Assembly (NCBI GenBank): GCA_020184695.1
Contig: JAANOX010000033.1
Coordinates: forward strand, 372,001 to 436,000
Length of the DNA: 64,000 nt
Direction: 5' to 3'
From: Histomonas meleagridis 2922-C6/04-290x
Taxonomy: Eukaryota > Protista > Parabasalia
Part shown: one piece after another, positions 34,371 through 46,440 of the stretch
Layout of the letters: the number at the start of each line of letters is the position of its first letter
Position numbering within the stretch: position 1 is the stretch's first letter
Position numbers and translations under genes: made by a program
Notes under the pieces: model-generated
What the model was told of the DNA's origin: nothing
The model's input: the letters and a program-made list of their open reading frames with translations, nothing else
Databases searched by the model: none

Positions 34371-35256
34371 ATTTAAAAATGCTGTAAATTTGAATATAAC
34401 AAAGGATCATAACAATCTATATCTTGAAATAATGATTTAATTGCTTATTTATGTTTATTTGATTGTATATTTTTCAAACCATCTATGTATTCATCTCTAT
34501 TAATCAATTAATCTTTCTATAAACTTAAAAAACAATTTATAAGTTCTAGATTGTGGTCAAAATGTTTGCTCAACTAAACGAATCATATGTATTATACATA
34601 AAACAATAATTGTTTCAGGCATTGTTTCTTATATTGCGAATTTATGTGATTTTAATCTATCAACTATAATTTCTCTTGGTGATCCTTTTGAATTATGTCA
34701 CTTGCGATTTCTTTTTGAATCAATTGAATATAAATGTACATTAGCAGCTGCTATCTACTGATTTTCGATTTTATCACTATGTAAGATTGTTTCTCCTGAT
34801 ATATGAAGTATTTTAATTCTGCTTTGTATGTTAAATAATTTTATTACGAGTTCCATTTGATAAACCCATCCAACTTTTATGAAAATCTCGAGTGATTGGA
34901 TGTGTGTGAAAGAAATTACTATTGATTAGTATAACTTTTTTCTTAAACATGATTGATTTTGAATTTAATATATCTGTATTTCTTCAGAGTACTTTTTGAT
35001 TTTGCTCTACATCTCCATTAAAATGGCATTTATATTCCCAATATTCAACATTTTTATAAGATTTTTTTTTCTTTTATTGTTAATCTAAAAAAACATTTTT
35101 TTCGGCCAACGGGTATCTTCCATCGGCCAATGGGTAATTTCAATCGGCTCGCGTCAAAACCGCAACAGCTGAAAAGTGCCGATGATTTTTCCTCCTATTT
35201 TATTTCAAAAGTGCTACAAAGAAATCTCAGGTGTTTTTAATTGATTAACAATAAAT

Positions 35257-38200
35257 ATGAAAAACCAAAATTCAGAAATAGAATGGGAGACTTTTTTATC
35301 AATTAGCCAAATAGTTTCTAGTTTAAATAAAGAAAATATTATTCGATCAGCAAATTTAATAATTAAAAAATTTGACGATATTTATCCATTATCTTTTAAT
35401 ATAATTATTAGTCAAATAGTGTATTCATTCTTTGTTGCAAGAATGAATTCGTCTGTTATATATTTAAGTTTATTAAATGAAATAGAAAAATTTGAGGAAA
35501 ACAAAAACTTCAATTCCAAGATTATTGATGTGTTTTTACATTTTCTTAAGAGCGAGGGTACACAGGAATCATATTATCTTGTTAAAGATATGATTGAAAA
35601 TAATTTTATCGAACAAAAAATTGTTAAAACTATGAATTATCCATTATTTGCACATTATATGTCATATCAAGAAATTGAAAATATAAAACAAAAACATTTC
35701 ACTCAAGAAATCATTGAAAATTATGAAGCATTATCAAAGAATGATTGGGAACTTCATAAACAATTAATTAAAGAAGGACATAATCCAAATGAAATTGCAA
35801 AAATAATTAGAAATGATGAAATAGAAAAACTTCAAGAAATATCAACGCAAACAAATTTTGATTTTGATCAAAAAATTGAACAATCACTTTATGAACGATG
35901 TTCATATATAAATCAAGAAGATGTATCATTAATTGATTATGCAGCATTTTTTGGATCAATTAAATGTTTTAAATATTTACTTATGAATGGCTCTGATATC
36001 GAAAATACCGGTAAATATGCAGTTGCAGGTGGAAACATTGAAATAGTTCATTTGTGTGAACAAAATCATTCGACATTTGAACAAAATAATTCATCATTTG
36101 GAGATGCATATGAAATAGCAATTAAATACTATAAAAACGATATCTTTAAATATCTTTATGAAAATAAAATTATACAAGTTAATAATTTAGAAGAATTAGG
36201 AAAGAAATGTGTTTTATATCATAATTATGAAATTTTATCATATTTGCTTGGAGAAGGAATGAAAATTAATGATGATATCATCAATGAATCAGCAAGAATT
36301 GGTAATTTATATCTTGTAAAATATTTTCTCAAAGAATTTCTCCCACCAGAAAGCATTTTAGTATTTTCTTCTGTATCAGAAAACATCGAGCTTATCAATT
36401 TACTTCTTAAACATAAACGAATTGAAATAAATGCTAAAGATATTTATTCGTTTTGTTTAAATTTTATATTATTAATTTAATGTTTTCAAATGATATTTGG
36501 AAATTATTCAAAATATTTAATACCGTACATATGTATGCATCTTATAATGGGCAGTTGGAAATATTTAAATTACTTCTGAAACAAGAAGGAATAGAAATAA
36601 ATGCTAAAGATATTTGTTCGTTTTGTTTAAATTTTATATTATTAATTTGATGTTTTCAAATAATATTTGGAAATTATTCAAATTATTTAATACAACACAT
36701 ATGCATTCATTTTATGATAATCAGACGGAAATAGTTAAATTACTTCTTGAACAAAAAGGAATTGATATTAATGCTAAAGATATTTATTTGTTTTATATAT
36801 AATTTATTTTAATAATTTGATATTTCAAAATAATATTTGGAAATTATTTAAATTATTTAATACAGCACTTATTAGAGCATCTTCAAATGGTCATACAGAA
36901 ATCGTTAAATTACTTCTTAAACAAGAAGGAATTGATATTAATGCTGAAGATATTTAATTGTATTATTCAATATTTATTATAATAACTTTATGTTTTATAA
37001 TAATATTTGGAAACTTTTTTAAGTATTTTTTACAGCACTTATGTGTGCAGCTAGAAGTGGTTACACAGAAATAGTTAAATTACTTCTTGAACAAAAAGGA
37101 ATTGATATTAATGATGAAAATATTTATTTGTTTTATTTAATATTTATTTTAATAATTTGGTACTTCAAAACAATATTTGGAAATTATCTAAAATATTTGA
37201 AACAGCACTTATTTGTGCATCTGAAAAAGGTCATATTGAAATAGTTAAATTGCTTCTTGAACAAGAAGGAATTGATATTAATGTTAAAGATATTTATTTG
37301 TTTTATTTAATATTTATTTTGATAATTTAATATTTCAAAATAATTTTTGAAAATTATATAAATAATTTCAAACAGCATTTATAAAAGCATATGAAAAAGG
37401 TTATATAGACATATCCAAATTACTTCTTGAACAAAAAGGAATTGATATTAGTGGTAAAAATATTTTTATGTTTTATTTTATATTTGTTTTGGTATTATAA
37501 TATTTCAAAATAATATTTGGAAATTATTTATAATATTTCAAACAGCACTTATAATAGCATCTTACAGAAATGATACAGAAATCGTTAAATTACTTCTTGA
37601 ACAAAAAGGAATTGATATTAATGCTAAAGATATTTATTTGTTTTATCTAATATTTATTTTAATATTTTGATATTTCAAAATAATATTTGGAAATTATTTA
37701 AATTATTTAAAACAGCACTTATTAGAGCATCTTCAAATGGTCATACAGAAATCGTTAAATTACTTCTTGAACAAAAAGGAATTGATATTAATGCTAAAGA
37801 TTTTTATATTTATTTTAATAATTTTATATTTCAAAATAATATTTGGAAATTATTTAAATCATTTAATACAGCAATTATTTGGGCATCTAAAAATGGTCAT
37901 ACAGAAATCGTTAAATTACTTCTTGAACAAGAAGGAATTGATATTAATGCTAAAGATATTTATTTGTTTTATTTAATATTTATTTTAACAATTTTTGCTT
38001 ATTTCAAAATAATATTTGGAAATTATTTATAATATTTAAAACAGCACTTATGTGTGCAACAACAAGTGGTTACACTGAAATAGTGAAATTACTTCTTAAA
38101 AAAGATGAAACCGATACTAATGCTAAAGATATTTATTTTTATATTTATTGTTAATTTGAATAATTTAGTATTTCAAAATGACATTTTGGAAATAATTTTA

Positions 38201-39839
38201 ATTTTTCGCAACAGCACTTATGTATGCAGCAATAAGTGGTTACACTGAAATAGTTAAATTACTTCTTAAAAAGATGAAACCGATACTAATGTTAAAGATA
38301 TTTATTTGTTTTTATTCGAAATATATTTTTGATATTTTTCATCTTTCAAAACAATGTTTTGGTAATTATTTAAATTATTTGATACAGCACTTAATTTTGC
38401 AATCAAAAAAGGTCATATTGAAATAGTTAAATTACTTCTTAAACAAAAAGGAATTGATATCAATTGTAAAAATATTCATAAGTTTTAATTAAAATTTATC
38501 TTAATAATTTATAATTTTAAAATAACATTTGGTTTTTATTTAAACTATTTGAAACACCACTTATGGTTGCATCAAAGAAAGGATCTTTAGAAATTGTGAA
38601 ATTGCTTCTTGAACAAAAAGGAATTGATACAAATGCTAAAGATATTTATTTGTTTTATCTAATATTTATTTTAATATTTTGATATTTCAAAATAATATTT
38701 GGAAATTATTTAAATTATTTAAAACAGCACTTATTAGAGCATCTTCAAATGGTCATACAGAAATCGTTAAATTACTTCTTGAACAAAAAGGAATTGATAT
38801 TAATGCTAAAGATTTTTATATTTATTTTAATAATTTTATATTTCAAAATAATATTTGGAAATTATTTAAATCATTTAATACAGCAATTATTTGGGCATCT
38901 AAAAATGGTCATACAGAAATCGTTAAATTACTTCTTGAACAAGAAGGAATTGATATTAATGCTAAAGATATTTATTTGTTTTATTTAATATTTATTTTAA
39001 CAATTTTTTTGCTTATTTCAAAATAATATTTGGAAATTATTTATAATATTTAAAACAGCACTTATGTGTGCAACAACAAGTGGTTACACTGAAATAGTGA
39101 AATTACTTCTTAAAAAAGATGAAACCGATACTAATGCTAAAGATATTTATTTTTTATATTTATTGTTAATTTGAATAATTTAGTATTTCAAAATGACATT
39201 TGGAAATAATTTTAATTTTTCGCAACAGCACTTATGTATGCAGCAATAAGTGGTTACACTGAAATAGTTAAATTACTTCTTAAAAAAGATGAAACCGATA
39301 CTAATGTTAAAGATATTTATTTGTTTTATTCGAAATATATTTTGATATTTTCATCTTTCAAAACAATGTTTGGTAATTATTTAAATTATTTGATACAGCA
39401 CTTAATTTTGCAATCAAAAAAGGTCATATTGAAATAGTTAAATTACTTCTTAAACAAAAAGGAATTGATATCAATTGTAAAAATATTCATAAGTTTTAAT
39501 TAAAATTTATCTTAATAATTTATAATTTTAAAATAACATTTGGTTTTTATTTAAACTATTTGAAACACCACTTATGGTTGCATCAAAGAAAGGATCTTTA
39601 GAAATTGTGAAATTGCTTCTTGAACAAAAAGGAATTGATACAAATGCAAAAGATTTTTCTTTGATGTTTTTAAAAATTGTTTAAATGATTTTTTATTTTA
39701 ACATAATATTTGGGAATTATTTATATTACTTCAAACAGCACTTGAGATTGCTACGAAATTTGGAAATGTTAAAGTAGCAGAACTATTTCCTGAGTACGTC
39801 GAAGATTTTCCTTCAATAGATTTTTTCTCTTTGTTTTAA
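35257..39839 (+). CDS. DUF3447-ankyrin repeat gene, locus 3 (20 spacer-separated units)
   Basis: ORF 35257-36480 is paralogous to 14042. T-start positions are 36522, 36692, 36862, 37032, 37202, 37372, 37542, 37712, 37868, 38041, 38211, 38384, 38554, 38724, 38880, 39055, 39225, 39395, 39565 and 39735; the terminal repeat ends at TAA 39837-39839. Confidence 0.8.
37620..39650 (+). repeat. About 1.01-kb tandem duplication of six ankyrin+spacer units
   Basis: Units starting 37712-38554 recur in the same order at 38724-39565; the differences I saw are in homopolymer lengths. Confidence 0.9.
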
Positions 39840-40611
39840 ATTTTAATGTTTTGTCATTAAAACAAAATTTTTTATGTTTTTCTTTTTATTGTAATTGGGA
39901 TCATTATCTTATTTTAGCATCATGAATATTTTAGCAAAATAATTTTGAAAATAATTATTTATTTGGTCCATTTTGAAGAAATATAAAAAGAACTGACAAA
40001 TAAAAATTTGTCATTTTTGTTTTTCTTGAACTCATTTTTATTGTATTTATTTTTTTTTTATTAATTTGATTTTTTGATATAACTTTTGGAACTCACTTGC
40101 TTACTATTGTATATTTTAATAAATTTTTCACATATGATTCAAATACTATTCCATTCTATTGATTGAAGTTATCGGTATTCGAATCAGAGTGTTTTATGAA
40201 TTTATGAAGATATCCTCCAATTCTGACTCCTTTAGATTAGATTTGTATTAACACTTACAATATCATGGACTAATATCATAAGAGATATTATACTGAAACA
40301 TGTTACATGTTATCATTCGAAAACAAAGCAATATTTGGAATTAATTTTTATTAACGTTTGCAAAGTAAGCCTTCAAATCAACACCAGCAAAATTGGTTAT
40401 GATGAATGCATAATTAGTGACTTAAAGTCAATGGATCCTGTTTTATCAGGATCAAACTTCTGGCAAGCTGAAGTGACCAACACTTCTATTTGGTCATCAG
40501 GGAGATATGTTAATTTCTCTTTTGCACCCGTGATTCAAAAGTTTTATTCTTCGATTATTTTTTCAATAAAAATTTGTGCTCATTAATTTTACAAAATACG
40601 TTAAATATTTA

Positions 40612-42138
40612 CTAAATTGATTCAAATATATAACATGTAAGAGCATCGCAGTATAAGTCAAATCCTTGATTTCCATGCATTTCACGTCCTGTCATCAAAT
40701 CTCTAAAATAAGTTCCTCCACAATTGACATATAAATTTGTTGGAAGTGTTCCAGTATTAACCACAAACACAATCTTTGTGAATGTCTGTTGGTCCCATTT
40801 CACGTTTACAAGTGCTCCATCCTTCATTGCAATACTATTTGTACCTCTCCACATTGCAGGATATTGTCTTCTAAGCTTTAACAACTTAGCAACATAGTTA
40901 TGTAAATCTTGTTGGTTCTTGTTAAACCCTTCAATATGACCATCAGTTCTTGCAAGGTTATCATTTGAAATGAAGAAATTCCAAAAATACCAATGATCAT
41001 GAAGATCACCAATTTCATCTCCATAGTAAAATGTTATTGGTCCAGTATAAGTAGCCAAGCAAGCAAATGCTATTTTATGGCGTTTCCAATAATTTGGATT
41101 ATTACCTTTATAGCCATATTTCTTCTTGATAAGATTTCCTAATCTCCACACGTCATGGTTTGTGATGAATAAGTTTGGGTAAACATCTGGTTGATATCCT
41201 TTTTCATTTGGTGTTCTAAATACATTTGCAAGATTTTCAACGCCATATCCACCGGCTCCTCCTTCGTCTTGTGCAATTACTTTTACAATATCATATCTTG
41301 AAGGAAAGTCAAACGCAGATTTGAGCCCATCTTGCCCATAGGTACGATACTGTATATCGTCCGGGCCACCCCAATGTTCACCGACCATATAACCAAGGGT
41401 GCCCCATTGCTTTCCTTCGCTTTTTCTTCTGTTGCAAGTTTCTTGAACAGCTTCACGAATTTCATGCCAATAATTATGGCCGTTTTGAAATAGTTGATAG
41501 CATTGATCAAGTCGCCAGCCATCAATTTCATATTCACGAATCCAATACGTGGCAACCTCTTTATAGAATTCAAGACTACCTGGATATGAAACTGGATCCC
41601 GACCACCTTCAGGTAAATTACCATTCGGTGATTTACGGACATGCCCTCCATGATGTCCAAATACTCCATCTAAGAAGATGTACATACCACGATCATGACA
41701 ACCCTTAACTAAGTTGCGTAGGTCTTCATTTGTTCCGAATTTTGGATCAACGTTGAAATAATCTGTAGCAAAATAACCTGTCGATTGTAACCTGGAACCA
41801 CCCCAGCCACCTGCAGAATTAAAAATTGGAGTGAGCCAAATTGCATTAAAATTCATTCCTCTTATATAATCAAGTGCATTAATAATTCCTTTAAGATTCC
41901 CTTGATGTTTGCTTGGACCAAACCCAGTTCCATAGCTTGAAGAACCATCTCCTTGAAAAGAAGATACCATAATTTGATAAATTGTTAACGAGTTAAAATC
42001 TGTATTAATTTCATTTGATTCAAAAAATAAATTTTCGGGCGGACCATCTTCAATTTGGTTTATTTCTTCTGATGTTTCATTTGGAGGGAAAATGAAATGA
42101 TAAATCTTTTTAAAGAGGAACAAGTTGAATTTTGGCAA
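40612..42138 (-). CDS. GH13 alpha-amylase, bacterial-like
   Basis: TIYQIM, GNLKGIINALDYI, AIWLTPIF, GYFATDYFNVDPKFGT, FLDGVFGH; catalytic RLDQ (D), VGEHW (E) and TNHD (D). No ATG upstream of the TIYQIM motif. Confidence 0.9.
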   Translation of the reverse strand: MPKFNLFLFKKIYHFIFPPNETSEEINQIEDGPPENLFFESNEINTDFNSLTIYQIMVSSFQGDGSSSYGTGFGPSKHQGNLKGIINALDYIRGMNFNAIWLTPIFNSAGGWGGSRLQSTGYFATDYFNVDPKFGTNEDLRNLVKGCHDRGMYIFLDGVFGHHGGHVRKSPNGNLPEGGRDPVSYPGSLEFYKEVATYWIREYEIDGWRLDQCYQLFQNGHNYWHEIREAVQETCNRRKSEGKQWGTLGYMVGEHWGGPDDIQYRTYGQDGLKSAFDFPSRYDIVKVIAQDEGGAGGYGVENLANVFRTPNEKGYQPDVYPNLFITNHDVWRLGNLIKKKYGYKGNNPNYWKRHKIAFACLATYTGPITFYYGDEIGDLHDHWYFWNFFISNDNLARTDGHIEGFNKNQQDLHNYVAKLLKLRRQYPAMWRGTNSIAMKDGALVNVKWDQQTFTKIVFVVNTGTLPTNLYVNCGGTYFRDLMTGREMHGNQGFDLYCDALTCYIFESI

Positions 42139-42788
42139 AATTTGAGTTCACAACCGCCAACCAGATATTCAACGGTTTTTCTCCTTTAAAAATCTACTTT
42201 TTGAAAGTGCTGTAATTTGCACACAAAATTCTGAATTCAGAACGGCTTCACACAATTGACGTTTTTGTCAGCATGATGCTTGCGCAAGCACATGTTAGAA
42301 CTGTGAAGTTGTAGTTCCATAATGAACTTTCAAGTCATAAAGCATAGTCGCTTTGCTAGTAATAAATTTATTTGTAAATGGACATGAGATATAAAGAATG
42401 AAGTTTGGTGCTCGTTCACCATCATATAATGGATTTTTAAATAGTTGTAATAAGGTTAAAATGAGTTCGTTTCTATTATTTTATTAACCATTTTAAATAA
42501 TATTTTTATTACTTATGCGAATATATTAAATATTTAATAAATCCTATATGTTCAATTTTTATTATGTTTTTTGTAATTTTGATGATTTTCATATGTTTGT
42601 ATGTTTATATTAACTTTTGTTTTGGTACTTTTCTTTCTATTGCTTTCTGTGAAAATTTGATCTTTGAGATGATTTGGATTGTATGTGCAATTTGAATAAC
42701 AGTCAAATATCGTTAAAACATATTCCAAATGATTAAAATCATTGACAAAACAGACACAAATATGATATCACAAGAAAGAATTTATGTT

Positions 42789-42876
42789 GGTAGGTATATA
42801 ATGCGGTCGTGACGATCCCGGAGGGGTGGGGCCTTTAGGGTTGTTGGGATCGTCACGACCGCATTATATACCTACC
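42789..42876. mobile_element. 88-bp miniature inverted-repeat element with 31-bp perfect TIRs and 6-bp TSD (TATGTT)
   Basis: GGTAGGTATATAATGCGGTCGTGACGATCCC (42789-42819) is the exact reverse complement of 42846-42876; TATGTT lies directly on both sides (42783-42788, 42877-42882). Confidence 0.9.
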
Positions 42877-42938
42877 TATGTTTATTGTGTCAACGTACTG
42901 TATAGTAAACTCATATTCATAAATCCGTAGGACCATAT

Positions 42939-43747
42939 ATGAAGTCAAAAAGCCGACAACTCTTGCAGTCCTTGGACAAATACGATGGGAGAAAGTCGAA
43001 AGAATGGAACATCATTAATTCACGTTCCAAGGGCCATACCATCAGTTATAGAGCAAATGAATACCATTGTAGCAATGAAATGATTTACAGGACGCTTAGA
43101 TTCAACAAAGAAATTAATAAGGTTCCTTCACCAGCAAAAAGAGGGCGCCCAACAAAACTCAATCAAGCAGTGCTTTCACAAATTGAAGCTGCTACGATGT
43201 TGGATCCAACATCTAGCAACAAATCTTTATCATGGACAATTAATTTGTCTCCAAGTACAATCAATAGAGGGAGACATAAATTAAAATGCAATTGGAAGCC
43301 ATGTAAAGTATCCCAAAACTTAAATCACAGAAACAAATTAAGAAAAGATTAAATTTTGCAAATAATATTCTTAACAGCAGCGATTTCCAGTATGAAAAAA
43401 TCATCTTCTCAGATGAGTCCAGATTTTGTCTAAAATCAGATTAGAAATGTGTTTGGAGGAAGATTGGTGAAATAAATGACCAAATCGTTGCAGTAAAAAA
43501 AAATTTTTTTGAAGGGCATATGGTCTTCGGTGCTGTAGGTGTGAATTACATAAGCGATTTTTTATTTATTGATGAAACAGAAGATTCAAAAAAATATGTA
43601 GAAATTCTTAAAAGTTATTCAGTATTTCCAACACTTGATCGAATTTTTGAGCAACGGCAGTGGGTTTGGCAACAAGATGGCGCCCCATCACACACATCGC
43701 ACTACACGAAAGATTTTTTAAATAGTGCATGCCGATGCTTCCACTAA
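42939..43747 (+). pseudogene. Tc1/IS630-type transposase remnant
   Basis: HTH region (KRGRPTKL), IIFSDESRFCL, VFGAVG, WQQDGAPSHTS; in-frame stops and a frameshift; truncated before the third catalytic residue. Confidence 0.85.
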
Positions 43748-43772
43748 TTTGTATGACATGAAATGAGAAACG

Positions 43773-44961
43773 ATGATAACTATTGATGCTGAATCAAAGT
43801 CCCAATTATATGCTTCTAGTTATCTTTCCGGTCAAGATCAAGAAGTATACCAAGTGTTTTTTCAAGAAATTCGAAGAATGATTGGCAAAGCATTAAGAGT
43901 AATTATAGTTGATCTTTGTCAAGCTCAATTTATAGCAATTCAGCATATATATCCTGAGAGCTTTATCGTTTTTTGTCTTAGGCATTTAGGAAAAAATCTC
44001 GTAAAGTATTTTGCCAAGGATTCTGATGTTATAGTAGGATTTTATGATATTAAAAGAAATGTTCATTAATGTGAAGATTATATAGAATTGTTAAAAAGTG
44101 AATTAAATGAGACACATGAAGATAATACAGGAATACAAACTATTAAATGGATGATTGACTATGAAGCTCATTGGTTGCCTATATCTCTGATCAAAAATGG
44201 CATTCTTAATGATTGGACAACAAACAGAGTGGAAGGTTTTTTTCGGGATGTTCAAACAAAAATTTGGATTCAAAAGATTCACTTTTTCAATAATTACAAA
44301 GTATTTATTAATTCAAGGTAGAACCATGATTATTGATTGTTTAAGTTCAACGAAATAGACAAATTCATTTTACAGAGAAGTCATATGCATTGAACCAAAT
44401 GATATACAGTAGATTGGTAAATTGGCTTTATATATCATATCTTCTAAAATGGTTGAGTGACTTCAAGGAAATGAAGTTACATTTTGTAAATTATGTGCAC
44501 TTCGTCAAGCTTGCCCAGAACTTTCTCTTCCATGTCGTCATATTTCGAACGATAATTTCCTTTTTAAAACAACAGACCTTCACGAAAGATATTTAAGAGT
44601 AGACCATTCCTCAGAGGTTCAAATAACTCAAACAGTGATTACAGTCCCTAACAAGCAACCAAGTTCAAATTACACAGATATCATGGCTCAATTTGCACCT
44701 TTTGCTTCTGTGGCATCTCGAAATTCTGAAGAAAATAATATTTAACAAAAATCATTGCAAAGGCTAAGATCAACGCAAAAAAATTCGATCAACCGAATGC
44801 CACCAATTATGCCTTTACATGGCAGGTTTGCTGTTCACCCTGCAAACAATGTGGTTCTCGATGGGAAACAAAAAACAAAGCGTTTATATAAATCTAGCAT
44901 TTGTAGCCAAATGGAACATAACAAGGCAACTTGCCCAAATATCAAACGTATGAATAAATGA
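43773..44961 (+). pseudogene. Mutator-like (MULE) transposase remnant with SWIM-like and zinc-knuckle motifs
   Basis: IIVDLCQAQFIAIQHIYPESFIVFCLRHLGKNL (MULE domain), WTTNRVEGFF, CKLC...LPCRH and CSQMEHNKATCP; broken into several ORFs. Confidence 0.8.
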
Positions 44962-45803
44962 TCAAAGGTAATTTTTCCCTTTTCATCAGTAATATACTAA
45001 AAACATGGTGTTAAATTCTTGTACATAATTGTAAATATTCTAGACTGTAAATTAGAACTTTCACAATAGATTCCATTATATTTTCCAATTATTAATGATA
45101 CTTTAAAGTTCATTTTATTGAGATTTAAAAATTTAATTTAATGAAATTAATATTAGCGCATATAAAAGTGCCAATGCATTCCACAGTCTCATAATCAACT
45201 TCATTAAATAATGCTATTTAGATATAATTAATAAAAAAAAAAAACAAAAACAATTTGTTGTAAGGGTAATATCTATCAATGTTCATATCACTTTCAATAT
45301 AAATAATACAATCTACATATTTTGACAAATATTTGTGTTTGAATGCATACTTGGTCAACTATTATAATGTAAACGACTTTCAATTGAAATCACAAAGATG
45401 CCACTTTTGAAGTCAAAATATTTATTTGAAATATTTTACATCATACAAAAAGTCGAAACATGAAAAAAATTCAAAATAAGTCATTATATTTTGTGACATA
45501 GAATCAATTTTTTTTTAATAAAATATAAAGTTTATATGTTTTAATAGATGGTGAATTTAATCATATGTATAAATTTCAAAAATAGAAATAAAATTTCAAA
45601 TGCTCAATGATTTCGTCAAAATTAGGAATTATATGAAATTAATAGTGCATTTATGTTTTTCTATGCATAATTTATTACAGTTTGATATAAAAATCATTAA
45701 TTTTTAACTTTTAATTTTTGGATTTTTTGGAATTTTAAAAAATTTGTTTTTTCGGCGGTTGTCATCACATCGCATTCAAAAAGTGGAGAATTGTTAGAAT
45801 AAC

Positions 45804-46440
45804 CGCCAAAAAGTGGGTACAAAAGAGGTACAGTTAGCACACTCCCGGGTGATACAGCACCAAATGCAAAAAGTTATATCACAAAAGAAATTATTGAAAA
45901 GATGGCAAATAAAACAAATGTTCAAAATCATGATAAAGTTCAACTTATGGCAATCGAAAGCTTGTGTTTTTATGTGTTTTTTAGAATAAGTAGTGAGGCG
46001 ATTAGAATTTCAGGTAATGAAATCAAAGTTGATAATGAAGAAAGACTATATTTACATATCCCATTTTCCAAAACAAATCGAACTGGTCGGAAGATGACCG
46101 TTTATATTTACAATAATGATACGGTTTATTCACCTTCCAAATGGGTTTTTTCTTGGAAAAACATTAGACCGTTTACAAACGATAAGAGGATATTCACTTT
46201 CGATGGAAGAACTGTGCGAAGTATTTAAAACTTTTAAAGAAGCAGATTAAAAGGCTAGGAATAGATCCCAAGCAATACTCAACAAATTCATTCAGGAAGG
46301 GTGGTTCCCACGAAGCAGCACTTGCTAAAGTCGAAGATTGCAAGATCAAAGCGCAGGGACGTTGGTTCTCAAATTGCTACCAGAGATATGCTTCTGTCAG
46401 CATGATCGAAGCAGCTGAAGAAATCACAGTTAAAATCTAA
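45804..46440 (+). pseudogene. Tyrosine recombinase (phage-integrase fold) remnant, copy 1
   Basis: FFRISSEA (Arg), IPFSKTN (Lys); after a frameshift near 46225 it reads LGIDPKQYSTNSFRKGGSHEAALA...IKAQGRWFSNCYQRY (NxxR, W, Tyr); TAA 46438-46440. Confidence 0.8.

Noticed and set aside
40335-40586. Protein-like ORF fragment downstream of ankyrin locus 3
   Set aside because: No ATG and no family I can name; may be a pseudogene piece but cannot be supported.
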